Position numbers and translations under genes: made by a program
Shown: positions 44,546-54,004 of the stretch, piece after piece
Position numbering within the stretch: position 1 is the first letter of the stretch
How the letters are laid out: the number at the start of each line of letters is the position of its first letter
Source of the DNA: a virus
Taxonomy: Duplodnaviria > Caudoviricetes
Strand: one strand, 5' to 3'
DNA: 64,000 nucleotides
Virus record (IMG/VR): IMGVR_UViG_3300035208_006521
Coordinates: 17,413 to 81,412 of that record
The notes under the pieces: model-generated
Seen by the model: only the letters and a program-made list of their open reading frames with translations
Database searches by the model: none
What the model was told of the DNA's origin: nothing

Positions 44546-44752
44546 TTATATAAATGATTTTAGGAATTCTTCCTTTTTTACTTCTTCCTTTTTTACTTCT
44601 TCCTTTTTATCTTTCGATCTAATAACTATTTTAACCTCCTTGGTATTATTTTTTAAATAATGTATCATTGCTCTTAGATTCCTATTAGTGTATATGTGGG
44701 AAATATTATTACTGATAAATAATTCATACCATTTGTTCATATTTATCCTCAA
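44546..44752 (-). CDS. Hypothetical protein
   Basis: 68 aa ORF downstream of a conserved motif. Confidence 0.55.
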   Translation of the reverse strand: MRINMNKWYELFISNNISHIYTNRNLRAMIHYLKNNTKEVKIVIRSKDKKEEVKKEEVKKEEFLKSFI

Positions 44753-44793
44753 TATCTATATAATATGAATTTATAGTATTTGAATTTTCCCTT

Positions 44794-44810
44794 TCATATA
44801 ATACAAGAGC
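44794..44810 (-). promoter_or_regulatory. Conserved intergenic motif GCTCTTGTATTATATGA
   Basis: 16/17 identical to 62391-62407. Both copies lie upstream of gene starts. Confidence 0.5.
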
Positions 44811-44872
44811 TTTGAGTAAATTATCCTTGGTTTTATTTAAGCAGTTAGCAAACATTTTTATTTTCCTTTTTT

Positions 44873-45088
44873 CTATTTCATCGGTGTCCATTTCAAACCC
44901 AATGCTTTATTATCCCTGGGCTTCTTAGCCACCCAATAAACCAAACCCCTGTCGTCCCTGTATCCATTTCCCTTATAACCTGCTTCCTTTAAAATCGGCA
45001 ATACTTCATTTTTCCAGCTTCTCGATTTTCCTACAGACCTAAATATTCTTCTGTTTAGTCTCACCCTCCTGTTGTCTACTAACAACAT
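44873..45088 (-). CDS. Hypothetical basic protein
   Basis: 71 aa ORF. Confidence 0.5.
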   Translation of the reverse strand: MLLVDNRRVRLNRRIFRSVGKSRSWKNEVLPILKEAGYKGNGYRDDRGLVYWVAKKPRDNKALGLKWTPMK

Positions 45089-45242
45089 ATGATTCCTCCT
45101 TTAAATTATTCAAAATAGATTCGGAAGAAAATTCATGTCTTTCCCTGAATTCTTCCTTCTTCCCTTCATTCCAATTTTTTACCGGTCTGAAATAACCTAC
45201 TACCCTTGAATATATTTCTGTGGGAACTTTTCTATCAGTCAT
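45039..45242 (-). CDS. Stand-alone NrdD C-terminal glycyl-radical-domain protein
   Basis: Contains EIYSRVVGYFRPVKNWNEGKKEEFRER. Confidence 0.8.
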   Translation of the reverse strand: MTDRKVPTEIYSRVVGYFRPVKNWNEGKKEEFRERHEFSSESILNNLKEESYVVSRQQEGETKQKNI

Positions 45243-45486
45243 ATAATCTGCTCCTCAATTTGTTTATATTATTTCCTTCGTTTGCTCCCAATTTAAAAAC
45301 AAGATTGTCGAGAAAAGGAATTATTATTGTTTTGTTAACATGTAAGGGGTTATAATCTTTAAAGCAATCAATACATATAAATTTTGATTGCTTACCATCT
45401 TCGTATCTCACTTCTATCATTTCTTCTTTTTTATGATATTTCCCACATTTTCCAAAACACTTATGTTTTCCTTTTTCTCCCCTCAT
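45235..45486 (-). CDS. Small Zn-finger protein
   Basis: Contains C...C ... CIDC. Confidence 0.55.
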   Translation of the reverse strand: MRGEKGKHKCFGKCGKYHKKEEMIEVRYEDGKQSKFICIDCFKDYNPLHVNKTIIIPFLDNLVFKLGANEGNNINKLRSRLYD

Positions 45487-45490
45487 TGTT

Positions 45491-45916
45491 TTATTTCTTA
45501 AGCTCCTTATATATTTTTACCGCTCCATAACCTATACCTACAGTCAATGCTGCCCCTATACCGATTCCTAATCCTATTTTCCATCTACCGGATTTAATCG
45601 TATATCTTACCTCGGCACTTTGAGTAAATTCCCTTTGATATAAATTCCCCTTTATTTCCATATTCAAAGTATTTCCTTTCTGCTCTAATGTTTTCCACTC
45701 TATCTTGAAAGGGTCATTATCATAATGCCATAAATGTATTTTCATTTCTTCGCAGGTAACATCTACGGGTCTTTTGACTGGTTTTGAAACAACAGGTTTT
45801 GGAGCTGGGGGAATAACAGGCTTATTCATATAATTATATACGGCCGCTCCACCTAAAAGAGCGGCCAATATAATTGAAGCAAACCAACTTAATGCTATCA
45901 CCCCATTTTTTGTCAT
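45491..45916 (-). CDS. Membrane protein (N- and C-terminal TM)
   Basis: 141 aa with two hydrophobic segments flanking a soluble region. Confidence 0.6.
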   Translation of the reverse strand: MTKNGVIALSWFASIILAALLGGAAVYNYMNKPVIPPAPKPVVSKPVKRPVDVTCEEMKIHLWHYDNDPFKIEWKTLEQKGNTLNMEIKGNLYQREFTQSAEVRYTIKSGRWKIGLGIGIGAALTVGIGYGAVKIYKELKK

Positions 45917-46257
45917 TGTATTACCTGTATATACTTTCTTAAATATTCAATTTCTTTTTCTGATGTAAAATGGGAAGAAATACCTAGCTCTATTCTTTCC
46001 CTGATATACCCAAGGTCTTTCCTAAGCCTTTCCGTTATAATGGGCCTCAGAAGAATCCTCTCTATTATATTTAGAGCTTCGTAACTGGCTCCTAGATTGC
46101 CTTTATACTTCTTCCAATTGACTGTTATGCAACTTCCTTCTGATCTGCTTTCCATCCTCTGCTTTATTTGTTTTTTTTCTCCTTCAATCTTTCTGAGTTC
46201 CTCCTTTTGTTTTGCTCTCTTTTTTTTGTCATTTACTACTTCTGATAATTTTTTCAT
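45913..46257 (-). CDS. Hypothetical basic protein
   Basis: 114 aa ORF. Confidence 0.55.
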   Translation of the reverse strand: MKKLSEVVNDKKKRAKQKEELRKIEGEKKQIKQRMESRSEGSCITVNWKKYKGNLGASYEALNIIERILLRPIITERLRKDLGYIRERIELGISSHFTSEKEIEYLRKYIQVIQ

Positions 46258-46324
46258 TTAAAGCCTCCTGTTTATTATTGTTAATAATATATTTTGTAAT
46301 TGTGTAACTTAAATTTGGGCAATA

Positions 46325-47377
46325 TTACTTTTCTATTATCCTTTTTATGTATTTTTCTAATTCTGGATAATATCTTTCCCAAGTGCATCTACAATAAGGG
46401 TGAATAGTAACAGCAGGGATATAATCTTTAGGCTTTCTCCCGTAATTTGACAAACCTGGGTATATGACGTTATATTCTACTCCCTCTATTCTTATTTTAT
46501 CTCCTGGCTTGCCTGTGTCTTTTAATACTACTATTTTTTCACTTACTAAGTCCAGACAATAAGGACATGCATCTGGAGATGATATTCCTTTCATAAATAT
46601 ATTTTCTTCTTCCGGCTCACTTCTTAGTTGGGACAAGAATAGGCCATTGTTACAATTTATTGCTGTTTCAGTTCTTACCACTCTATCCCAATCTCTGTTT
46701 ATATCTTCTTCTTGATCCCACAAATCCTGAAAAACTTCATATTTATTTTTCCTTTGTTTTATATCATTTATTATTATTGCCGATATTTTATTACGGGCTC
46801 TTTCTGTTATATTTTGGATATATATTCCACATTCCAATTCAGCCATTTCTATCATATCCATGTCTTGATTATTATAACCATATTCCTTAAAATCCCTTTT
46901 ATCAAATTTCTTACCGAATTCATCCAGTTTCTTTTTAACTCTTTGCTCTTTATCCAACCTTTGGATTAAATTACCCAACCAGAAACTATCCTCTACCATT
47001 TTCTTTTCAACTTGATTCTTTTCAATTTTAAGATACTTTACTATGGCTTCTTCTAACTTCTTCCATTCAGCTTTTTTTATTGGTTTTCCTGTATTTGGAT
47101 TGTATTGTATTCTTCCCTTAAATATCAATAAATCTTCTGCTTTCATAAGTTGATTGTCTGATAATAAATCAATTGCAATACTGTTAGCTATATCCTCTAT
47201 ACTATCCATACTTTTATGGATATATCCCAATCCTAAAGACTTACAAACGGAAGAAAGTAATATTTTGGTTATCCTGTGAGTATATTTTTCCCATCTTTTT
47301 ATCAATTCATTTATACTAGTATAAGGACTTAATTCCTGATGGTTGTGGGATTCCGATTTTAATAATTCATCATACAT
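46325..47377 (-). CDS. Head morphogenesis protein (MuF / SPP1 gp7 family)
   Basis: Contains RVVRTET, ACPYC, IHPYCRC. Adjacent to portal. Confidence 0.88.
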   Translation of the reverse strand: MYDELLKSESHNHQELSPYTSINELIKRWEKYTHRITKILLSSVCKSLGLGYIHKSMDSIEDIANSIAIDLLSDNQLMKAEDLLIFKGRIQYNPNTGKPIKKAEWKKLEEAIVKYLKIEKNQVEKKMVEDSFWLGNLIQRLDKEQRVKKKLDEFGKKFDKRDFKEYGYNNQDMDMIEMAELECGIYIQNITERARNKISAIIINDIKQRKNKYEVFQDLWDQEEDINRDWDRVVRTETAINCNNGLFLSQLRSEPEEENIFMKGISSPDACPYCLDLVSEKIVVLKDTGKPGDKIRIEGVEYNVIYPGLSNYGRKPKDYIPAVTIHPYCRCTWERYYPELEKYIKRIIEK

Positions 47378-47386
47378 TTATTTTAC

Positions 47387-48928
47387 CTAAAAATAACTTT
47401 CTATATCATGTCCGGCTTTCTTAAGTTCTTCAATGTGGGTTCTCAGTGATTTTTCAATTTCTTCCGGAGCCTCAATTTCTTCTGGCTCTTGCCATTCTCC
47501 GGAATCATCAGGCTCTTGCCATTCTCCGGAATCTTCTGAATTTTTTTCGCCGCGATCACTACCTTCTTCTTGGCTCCCTTGGCCGCCAAATTGTGGCATT
47601 TGCATAGCCTGTAGTAAAGATGGATTGAGTGGTAAATCCATCGGGTCTTCTATTTCGGAAATTTTAATTTTATCCAACCCAATGTCATCTCTTACTTCAT
47701 TCATTGATTTTACGGAGCCTACTGCTTTTGAGGCTACTTCGTATTTCTTCAATTCATCTTTGGGATTTATTCCTACAAATGCAAATTCATAATCTTCATC
47801 TATTTGCGACAATATTTTCCCATTTATGCTCTGCAAATAAGTCAACAATGTCTTTAATCCCCTGTCTTTAGAATAAAACTGTCTTCCTTCTATATTTTCT
47901 CCTAGAGCCTGTTGTGTGTTATCCGTCCTTATACCTAACTCTGCTAAATCCATGGAAAATACACCTGCAAACAAAGAGAGGAAAAAAGTCATTAGTTTAT
48001 AATATTCCAAATCTTTATTAGATTGTCCCAAGGATTTAAAATCCATGGAAACTCCTTCTCTGCCTGTTGGTAATATCGGAATAGAAAATTTAGCTCCTAC
48101 CCCGCTCATAGCCATATACCAATACCTTTCTATTGTTTCTATCGTCTCTCTGTCTGCGTCCCCTTGCAAAGCTATAAACCCTTTTGGCACTTTGTCCTTT
48201 GTGAATTGGTCCCTATTGTGCGATATCCCCAAAATCAATGCTGTAACTAAGTCTACCGCTTGCTCTAATGGAGAATAACCATATCCTCTGTGTCTCAAAT
48301 CAACCCTTTTAAACATACAATCAAATACAAGTTCATCCCTGGTATAAGCCGCCATTATCTGTGACCTTATTTCCTGTACATAGGCTAGATCGGGGTTTTC
48401 TTCATATCCTCTGGAAGTACATCTACTTATTGTAGCCCCGTCTATTAACCAAAAAGCCCCAACTTCGCCAGAGCGAGTTTTTTGTAATTCAACGGCTATT
48501 TGATCTATTGTCAAAACTTCCCTTACCTGCATCTTACTATAATCTATAAAATCATCTTCTCTTTCGGGGTCTTTATCATATCCTGTTTTATGAAAAAATT
48601 CCTCTAATTCTTCCGCTCTTTTATCTTTTCCCCTGAATCTATTTTTTCCTCTCTTTTGAATAACAAATCCCGGTTCTCCTGGCTCTCTGGCTATCTTAAA
48701 AAAAGGAGTGCATTGTTGCTCTCTGGTATTTATTATTAAACTTGCTACTGATAATCTTTCTGCCATTCTCCGGAGGACATCATAAGTTATTCCCATCACT
48801 CTTTGTCTTACCTGTGAAACGGTACTACTCATACCAAAGTAAAGTAAATTATCCTCAAATACTGACTTTATTTTGTTCAGAGTGCTATTATCAAGATGAT
48901 TTTCCTTTGTCTTTATTATCCTCGACAT
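47387..48928 (-). CDS. Portal protein (Twort/SPO1-like)
   Basis: 513 aa. Contains IDGATI, GYGYSPLE, PKGFIAL, SNKDLEY, MNEVRDDIGL. Confidence 0.9.
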   Translation of the reverse strand: MSRIIKTKENHLDNSTLNKIKSVFEDNLLYFGMSSTVSQVRQRVMGITYDVLRRMAERLSVASLIINTREQQCTPFFKIAREPGEPGFVIQKRGKNRFRGKDKRAEELEEFFHKTGYDKDPEREDDFIDYSKMQVREVLTIDQIAVELQKTRSGEVGAFWLIDGATISRCTSRGYEENPDLAYVQEIRSQIMAAYTRDELVFDCMFKRVDLRHRGYGYSPLEQAVDLVTALILGISHNRDQFTKDKVPKGFIALQGDADRETIETIERYWYMAMSGVGAKFSIPILPTGREGVSMDFKSLGQSNKDLEYYKLMTFFLSLFAGVFSMDLAELGIRTDNTQQALGENIEGRQFYSKDRGLKTLLTYLQSINGKILSQIDEDYEFAFVGINPKDELKKYEVASKAVGSVKSMNEVRDDIGLDKIKISEIEDPMDLPLNPSLLQAMQMPQFGGQGSQEEGSDRGEKNSEDSGEWQEPDDSGEWQEPEEIEAPEEIEKSLRTHIEELKKAGHDIESYF

Positions 48929-48967
48929 ATTGTTTTTTCTCCTGCATATTTATGTATTTATGATCTT

Positions 48968-48996
48968 ATTATATATTCGATATATCAAACTGTAAA
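48968..48996 (-). promoter_or_regulatory. sigma70-like promoter TTTACA-17-TATAAT upstream of portal
   Basis: Near-consensus match in an intergenic gap. Confidence 0.7.
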
Positions 48997-48999
48997 CTA

Positions 49000-50862
49000 T
49001 TATTTTTTTCTTAAAATATCTTCTGTATGCATTGATAAATTTCTTAAAAAAGAGTCTGCACTATACATTTCTAATTCTTCTATATTTTTAACTATCTTCT
49101 TTTTTTGTCCATTTTCTTCTATTTCTTCTATTTCTACTTTTGGTAAAAAAGGTCTATTTTTAGATTCTGAGGCTTCTATTTCTTCTTTTGTATACTCGGA
49201 ATATTCTTTTACTTTAGAAGAATAATAATTTAATATCTGTGGATTTATTAACTGCGCCATTTTACAATAAGCTTCCGCGTGAAAATAATGGTCTGGTCCT
49301 GACTCTCTCCAAACATATCTCCCACTTCTATCCCTACCAAGATTTTCACCGAATACCCTGCTCGAACTCATTATTTGTTGATAATATAAACCATAATCTT
49401 CTTGATCTTCATTATCTATATCTCTCGCATTTACAGGATTTATCATTATGCCCTTAGTAAAATCACTCTTTACCTCATCCAAAATAAAAGTTCTATCTAT
49501 GGCTATTTTTCTTTCCCTTCTGTATTTCTTTTCTTCTTTTTTTATACTGAGCAATGTATGTCCTTGAAGATAATCACAAGAATAAACTTTTGGTAATAAT
49601 TTTTTAATACTTTCTACTTCCCTAGTTTCCGGCTCTTGATCAATCACTATTATTGAGCTCTTTATTTTATCCCTCAAAAATGAAATTAGTTCCGAAGTCT
49701 GTTCTATTCTACCGGCAAATATCAACTTTCTATGTCCAGTACTGAGTAGCTCTCTAGCTACTACATGATAATAAGTTGGTCCAACATCTATACCCACATA
49801 AATATTGGAACTACCTTTTAACAATTTGGGTTCTAACGTATATCTTAATTTCTGGGAAGCTTGATCCAAAAGAAACAATGTCACTTTGTTTGAGGAATCG
49901 GAATACGGTAAACCTAATTTTGAATTATAAAATAATTGCGTCTTTGTATTATTTCCTATCGCTTTTGAATATGTATTTATAAGAGATTTTATAGAAACAT
50001 TGGCGGAAAATAATTGACTTACTCTTCTTCCTGCCCTGTCTTTGTTTGGGAATTCTTCAACCCATTCTCCCATCTTCATTCTATTTATTGGTCTATGACA
50101 TTTTTTACATACACAACCCCATCCATCTTTTCTTAAAATATCAAAAGTCAGTGGTCCTGTTTTTATTACAACATTCTCAAAAAAATCTAATGTCTGAACT
50201 GTATTGCAACTATCACACTTTACCATCCATATTCCTCTTGTTGAATCCTGATAATAAGCATCTATACCCCAATTCTCGACACTTGGATTCCCTATTCTTC
50301 TATCATATTTATAATCAGAACCATCAAGCCTATCTGGTGCCATTTCTAGATTTTTTTGGTCACATTGATCTACTTCATCCACATATAAAGAATCCGCTGG
50401 AGTTGAAACAAAATCTGCTGGGGAATTAGAACCTACATAATTCAAAACACCCTTGCCAAAAGTTTTTAAACCTATACTTTCAGATGAACCTATCGACGCT
50501 TTTAGGGCTTCCTGATAATAAGGAACTAATTTGATAGGTCTGTCTACTCTATCTTTTACAAACTTACCCCTGAAATCAGTGTTTGGTGTTACGTATAATA
50601 TCCTTAATCCTCTTATAGCTTCTTCAAAGGAAGAAACTATGAATAATTCAGAAATTCCCGATTGCACTGCTTTTTCCATTGCCAATCTCTCGGGGAGATT
50701 TTTATATAATTCTATGAGGAATCTATATCTATCCCCGAACTCCATTTTTCTACCATGTACGTTGAGATGATGCTCTCTGGCAAGCCATAGTTTTGGATAT
50801 TCCCTCTTTAATATTTCTTTTTTTAATAATATCTTTTTTTTTAATATTTCAATGTCACTCAT
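49000..50862 (-). CDS. terL: Terminase large subunit (gpA-like)
   Basis: Contains KAVQSGISE, YVDEVD, CDSC/CKKC Zn site, GIDVG nuclease and DHYFHAE. Confidence 0.9.
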   Translation of the reverse strand: MSDIEILKKKILLKKEILKREYPKLWLAREHHLNVHGRKMEFGDRYRFLIELYKNLPERLAMEKAVQSGISELFIVSSFEEAIRGLRILYVTPNTDFRGKFVKDRVDRPIKLVPYYQEALKASIGSSESIGLKTFGKGVLNYVGSNSPADFVSTPADSLYVDEVDQCDQKNLEMAPDRLDGSDYKYDRRIGNPSVENWGIDAYYQDSTRGIWMVKCDSCNTVQTLDFFENVVIKTGPLTFDILRKDGWGCVCKKCHRPINRMKMGEWVEEFPNKDRAGRRVSQLFSANVSIKSLINTYSKAIGNNTKTQLFYNSKLGLPYSDSSNKVTLFLLDQASQKLRYTLEPKLLKGSSNIYVGIDVGPTYYHVVARELLSTGHRKLIFAGRIEQTSELISFLRDKIKSSIIVIDQEPETREVESIKKLLPKVYSCDYLQGHTLLSIKKEEKKYRRERKIAIDRTFILDEVKSDFTKGIMINPVNARDIDNEDQEDYGLYYQQIMSSSRVFGENLGRDRSGRYVWRESGPDHYFHAEAYCKMAQLINPQILNYYSSKVKEYSEYTKEEIEASESKNRPFLPKVEIEEIEENGQKKKIVKNIEELEMYSADSFLRNLSMHTEDILRKK

Positions 50863-51587
50863 TCTTCTATCTCCGGAGGACTATATGTTACTTTGCCTTC
50901 TAATATTTCTAAGTCGGCTAACTCTTTTTTTAAATCCTCTTCTGACATATTATAAATAGAATTATTCACAACAGAAGTTGAATTAGAATTAGAGCCTGCA
51001 ACAGCGTTAACATCATTTCTCACACTTACTCTGGAACCAATATTTTTATTCTGGTAGCCTGCATATCCTAATATATCATTAGCGGCCTTTCTTTTTTCCG
51101 CCAAATCTTCTTTATTCTTGGCGACTTTTATAAGCTGTTCTACCGCAAACTCCCCACTTTGTATTATTTTTTCTACTACCCTTTCCTGTATACTATGCAT
51201 ATACTTATCAATCTGGGTCCTTATATCTGGCCATGTGAGCCAATGTAAGATGATGGACTCTGTTAGATTATGTTCTTTAGCAAAAGATTTTACTGTCTTT
51301 ATATTTGGGGCTGCTGCGTAAGCAAGGCAAAATCTTTTCATTCTGTGAGTAAGTTCATGTGGGACAATTCTTCTTTCTGCCCATGTTTTAGTCAAATCTT
51401 TATGGGGTGGTTTTTCTCCCTTGGCTACACACAAAACATTTTCTATTATTTCTGATTTTTTTAATCCCCAATAAGGTATTTTAGCCTTCTTATACCCTTG
51501 ACATATTTTTATTATATCCACCTTATTTATTTTTTGAAGGGAATCTAGATTGTATTTAGCCATGTTTATTTCCTTCTTCTTTTTCAT
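50859..51587 (-). CDS. Terminase small subunit (putative)
   Basis: 242 aa with an HTH-like segment and KAANDILGYAG. Coupled to terL. Confidence 0.65.
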   Translation of the reverse strand: MKKKKEINMAKYNLDSLQKINKVDIIKICQGYKKAKIPYWGLKKSEIIENVLCVAKGEKPPHKDLTKTWAERRIVPHELTHRMKRFCLAYAAAPNIKTVKSFAKEHNLTESIILHWLTWPDIRTQIDKYMHSIQERVVEKIIQSGEFAVEQLIKVAKNKEDLAEKRKAANDILGYAGYQNKNIGSRVSVRNDVNAVAGSNSNSTSVVNNSIYNMSEEDLKKELADLEILEGKVTYSPPEIEE

Positions 51588-51850
51588 TGTATTTTTTCCA
51601 ACGGACTTTCTAATAAATTATAAACCAATGCTGTGCCACATTCTAAAAGAAATTCCAACACCTCATTCTCGGAAAAATTAAATTCTTTTTTAAGTCTTAT
51701 TAGAACTTCAACTGTCTCTGCATTTGCTTTTATGCCTTTTTCCGAAAATATCCTGAATTCTCCAGATTCTTCGTTAAATTTAACACTTTGAACAGTTCCA
51801 ATTTCAATAACTCTTTCTTGAATTTTATCAAATTTTTTCTTTCCTGACAT
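51584..51850 (-). CDS. Hypothetical protein
   Basis: 88 aa ORF. Confidence 0.55.
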   Translation of the reverse strand: MSGKKKFDKIQERVIEIGTVQSVKFNEESGEFRIFSEKGIKANAETVEVLIRLKKEFNFSENEVLEFLLECGTALVYNLLESPLEKIQ

Positions 51851-52632
51851 ATAACTTCCTCCATAATACCATCATCTTTAATCTTCAACAAACCATATCT
51901 TTCCACATTATTCTCTTTTTCTTTTTTGATTGATTCCACCCAACACCTATGCTCCTTTTTAATGGGAATATAACTATATACTTCTTTCAATGTTTTACAA
52001 TTTTTTGCAAATTCTATTGCAAGTTCAATTGGAAAACCTGATATACCTTTTATATGATCTGAAGAATCCCCCGTTAATAATTTATAAATTAGAATTCTAT
52101 CCGGGGGATAACCTAGTTTTTTCTCCAACTTGTCATAGGATATTTCTTTACCGTCTTGAAGAATGCAAAAGTTTTTTCTCAATATCTGACACCAATCCAT
52201 GTCACCAGATATCAATAATGCTTTTCTATATCCTTTTACTACACTACCGGCGACATCATCCGCTTCATATCCCGGTATAAATCTTTGGTCTGCTCCAAAC
52301 ATAGATAACAAATCTCTAAGTCTATTACAGGCCAATTGTAATTCGTCTGGTCTCTTTTTTCTCTGGGATTTATATAGGCTTGACATTTGTTTCCTTACTA
52401 AATGATCCCCCTCATGGGCTATTATCACTTTACTCCTTGGAGATTCTGTTATTTTATTCAATAAACACTGAAAAAATCCATGATATAAACCTGTCTTTTC
52501 CCCATTCCTATTAGAAAGATTTTTCAAACCGTAAAAATATTTGTAACTCATAGACATAAAATCACATACTATAAGATCATATTTATTAGTTACTTGCCCT
52601 TTCTTCACTTTGCTCAGGTTGCTTTCTATCAT
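51730..52632 (-). CDS. 5'-3' exonuclease / RNase H (flap nuclease)
   Basis: Contains YKSQR, GYEADD, SGDMDW, TGDSSDHIKGISG. Confidence 0.9.
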   Translation of the reverse strand: MIESNLSKVKKGQVTNKYDLIVCDFMSMSYKYFYGLKNLSNRNGEKTGLYHGFFQCLLNKITESPRSKVIIAHEGDHLVRKQMSSLYKSQRKKRPDELQLACNRLRDLLSMFGADQRFIPGYEADDVAGSVVKGYRKALLISGDMDWCQILRKNFCILQDGKEISYDKLEKKLGYPPDRILIYKLLTGDSSDHIKGISGFPIELAIEFAKNCKTLKEVYSYIPIKKEHRCWVESIKKEKENNVERYGLLKIKDDGIMEEVICQERKNLIKFKKELLKLELFKVLNLTKNLENSGYFRKKA

Positions 52633-52636
52633 TATG

Positions 52637-53005
52637 CTATACCTTCTGGAAACTATTTATTTTATCTATGAAATCTTTATAATTTAATTCTATGATAATA
52701 TTCTTTTTTTGTAAACTCCTTTTTAATATTTTAAGAAAATCTTTACTTGTGATAAAAACACTCATTTTTTTCTTACCTGGATATTTATGTATTAAGGCTA
52801 ATATTTCTATTTCTCCTTCTCTATATTTTTCGATACTCCTCATTTCTTTTCTTGGGTTCATTACTTTTCTATTCTTAGTATCTATAGCCACTAATCCGTT
52901 ATTTGTTATAACATCAGGAACTGATTCCCCTTTTCTAAGTACTCTTCTTGTACCTAAATCTTTAGCGACTTTCCTTTCAAGGTTTTTCCAGGCTTTGCTT
53001 GACAT
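52637..53005 (-). CDS. Holliday junction resolvase-like PD-(D/E)xK nuclease
   Basis: Contains WKNLERKVAK..PDV...IDTKNR. Confidence 0.7.
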   Translation of the reverse strand: MSSKAWKNLERKVAKDLGTRRVLRKGESVPDVITNNGLVAIDTKNRKVMNPRKEMRSIEKYREGEIEILALIHKYPGKKKMSVFITSKDFLKILKRSLQKKNIIIELNYKDFIDKINSFQKV

Positions 53006-53325
53006 TAGTTTATTACCCTTGTTTTATTAAGTGATGTTATTATTTTCCTGTTTTTTTCTTTTTCAATCAGCTCTTCGACATTCTTGCCGGCTAAGGCAAC
53101 TGTTTCTGTATTGTAAATAAGATTCCGGATAGCCTGAATACAGCTTTTAACCAGTCTTAATTTTTCATCTTCCTTGGGACTCTCATCATGAATCTTATCT
53201 ACTCCATCTTCCATATTGTTCAGTCTTTCCACCATATAGCTGGCTCTTATATAACATTCCTTTTCACCGTCAACTTCTATTATAGTGTAAATATTTTTCT
53301 CTATTCCCGATTTTAATTCTTCCAT
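53005..53325 (-). CDS. Hypothetical protein
   Basis: 106 aa ORF. Confidence 0.55.
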   Translation of the reverse strand: MEELKSGIEKNIYTIIEVDGEKECYIRASYMVERLNNMEDGVDKIHDESPKEDEKLRLVKSCIQAIRNLIYNTETVALAGKNVEELIEKEKNRKIITSLNKTRVIN

Positions 53326-53690
53326 TATTTTATTTCCTCGTATCCAATATCCTGTGATTTAATTACTCCATCTTTTATCTTTTCCAGGATTATCATAACA
53401 TGAATGGTAATTACATTCTTAATTATTAAATCCCTGAAATTTTTATCCTTATCGAACCTATTATGACATTCTCTACACATTGGCAAACCATTTTCTACCA
53501 AATGTCTAGTAGTCATAAATTTTCTGGGTATTATATGGCAGGGGTCATCTGCTGGCCTGCCACAATACACACAATTCCCGTTATTTTTTTCCTTTACTAC
53601 TCTTGACCAACTTCGGTCCTTTCTGTTTATTTCTATTGACAACTCCAGACTCTTTTTCTTCGATAATAATCTTGTTTTCTGTTTCCCCAT
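53325..53690 (-). CDS. HNH / NinG-like endonuclease
   Basis: Contains CVYCG..DDPCHII..ENGLPMCRECH. Start uncertain. Confidence 0.75.
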   Translation of the reverse strand: MGKQKTRLLSKKKSLELSIEINRKDRSWSRVVKEKNNGNCVYCGRPADDPCHIIPRKFMTTRHLVENGLPMCRECHNRFDKDKNFRDLIIKNVITIHVMIILEKIKDGVIKSQDIGYEEIK

Positions 53691-54003
53691 TATCCTTGTC
53701 AATGTCTTTTTCCTCCGCTTCATTCTCAGTTGTTGTATCTTCCGTTGTGTCACTATCCCCGTAAAATTCATCAACTATTTCATCATCTATTATTCCCTCA
53801 TCAACAAAATTTTCATCTTTTTTAGTCGGTTCTATTGTATCCAAAATCAATACAATAATTCCCATTAACATACTTGATATTTCTATCGCTTTCCAGGCCA
53901 ACTCTGGACCCGAGAATTGTCTTTTGTTGTCATTGACATTTTTGACAATATTATTTGCGGCTTTTGCGGCTTCTAAAGCCTTGTAAAATTTTTCTTCATC
54001 CAT
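53581..54003 (-). CDS. Hypothetical protein with acidic C-terminal half
   Basis: 140 aa. Overlaps the HNH ORF. Confidence 0.55.
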   Translation of the reverse strand: MDEEKFYKALEAAKAANNIVKNVNDNKRQFSGPELAWKAIEISSMLMGIIVLILDTIEPTKKDENFVDEGIIDDEIVDEFYGDSDTTEDTTTENEAEEKDIDKDNGETENKIIIEEKESGVVNRNKQKGPKLVKSSKGKK

Positions 54004-54004
54004 A

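Noticed and set aside
45491-45916. Unimolecular spanin
   Set aside because: It has N- and C-terminal TM segments but no lipobox Cys, and it is far from the lysis genes.
53325-54003. Long overlap between the HNH ORF and the upstream acidic ORF as a frameshift or mobile element
   Set aside because: Both frames are plausible and a later HNH start reduces the overlap. There are no flanking repeats, and a NinG-like role fits the recombination cluster.
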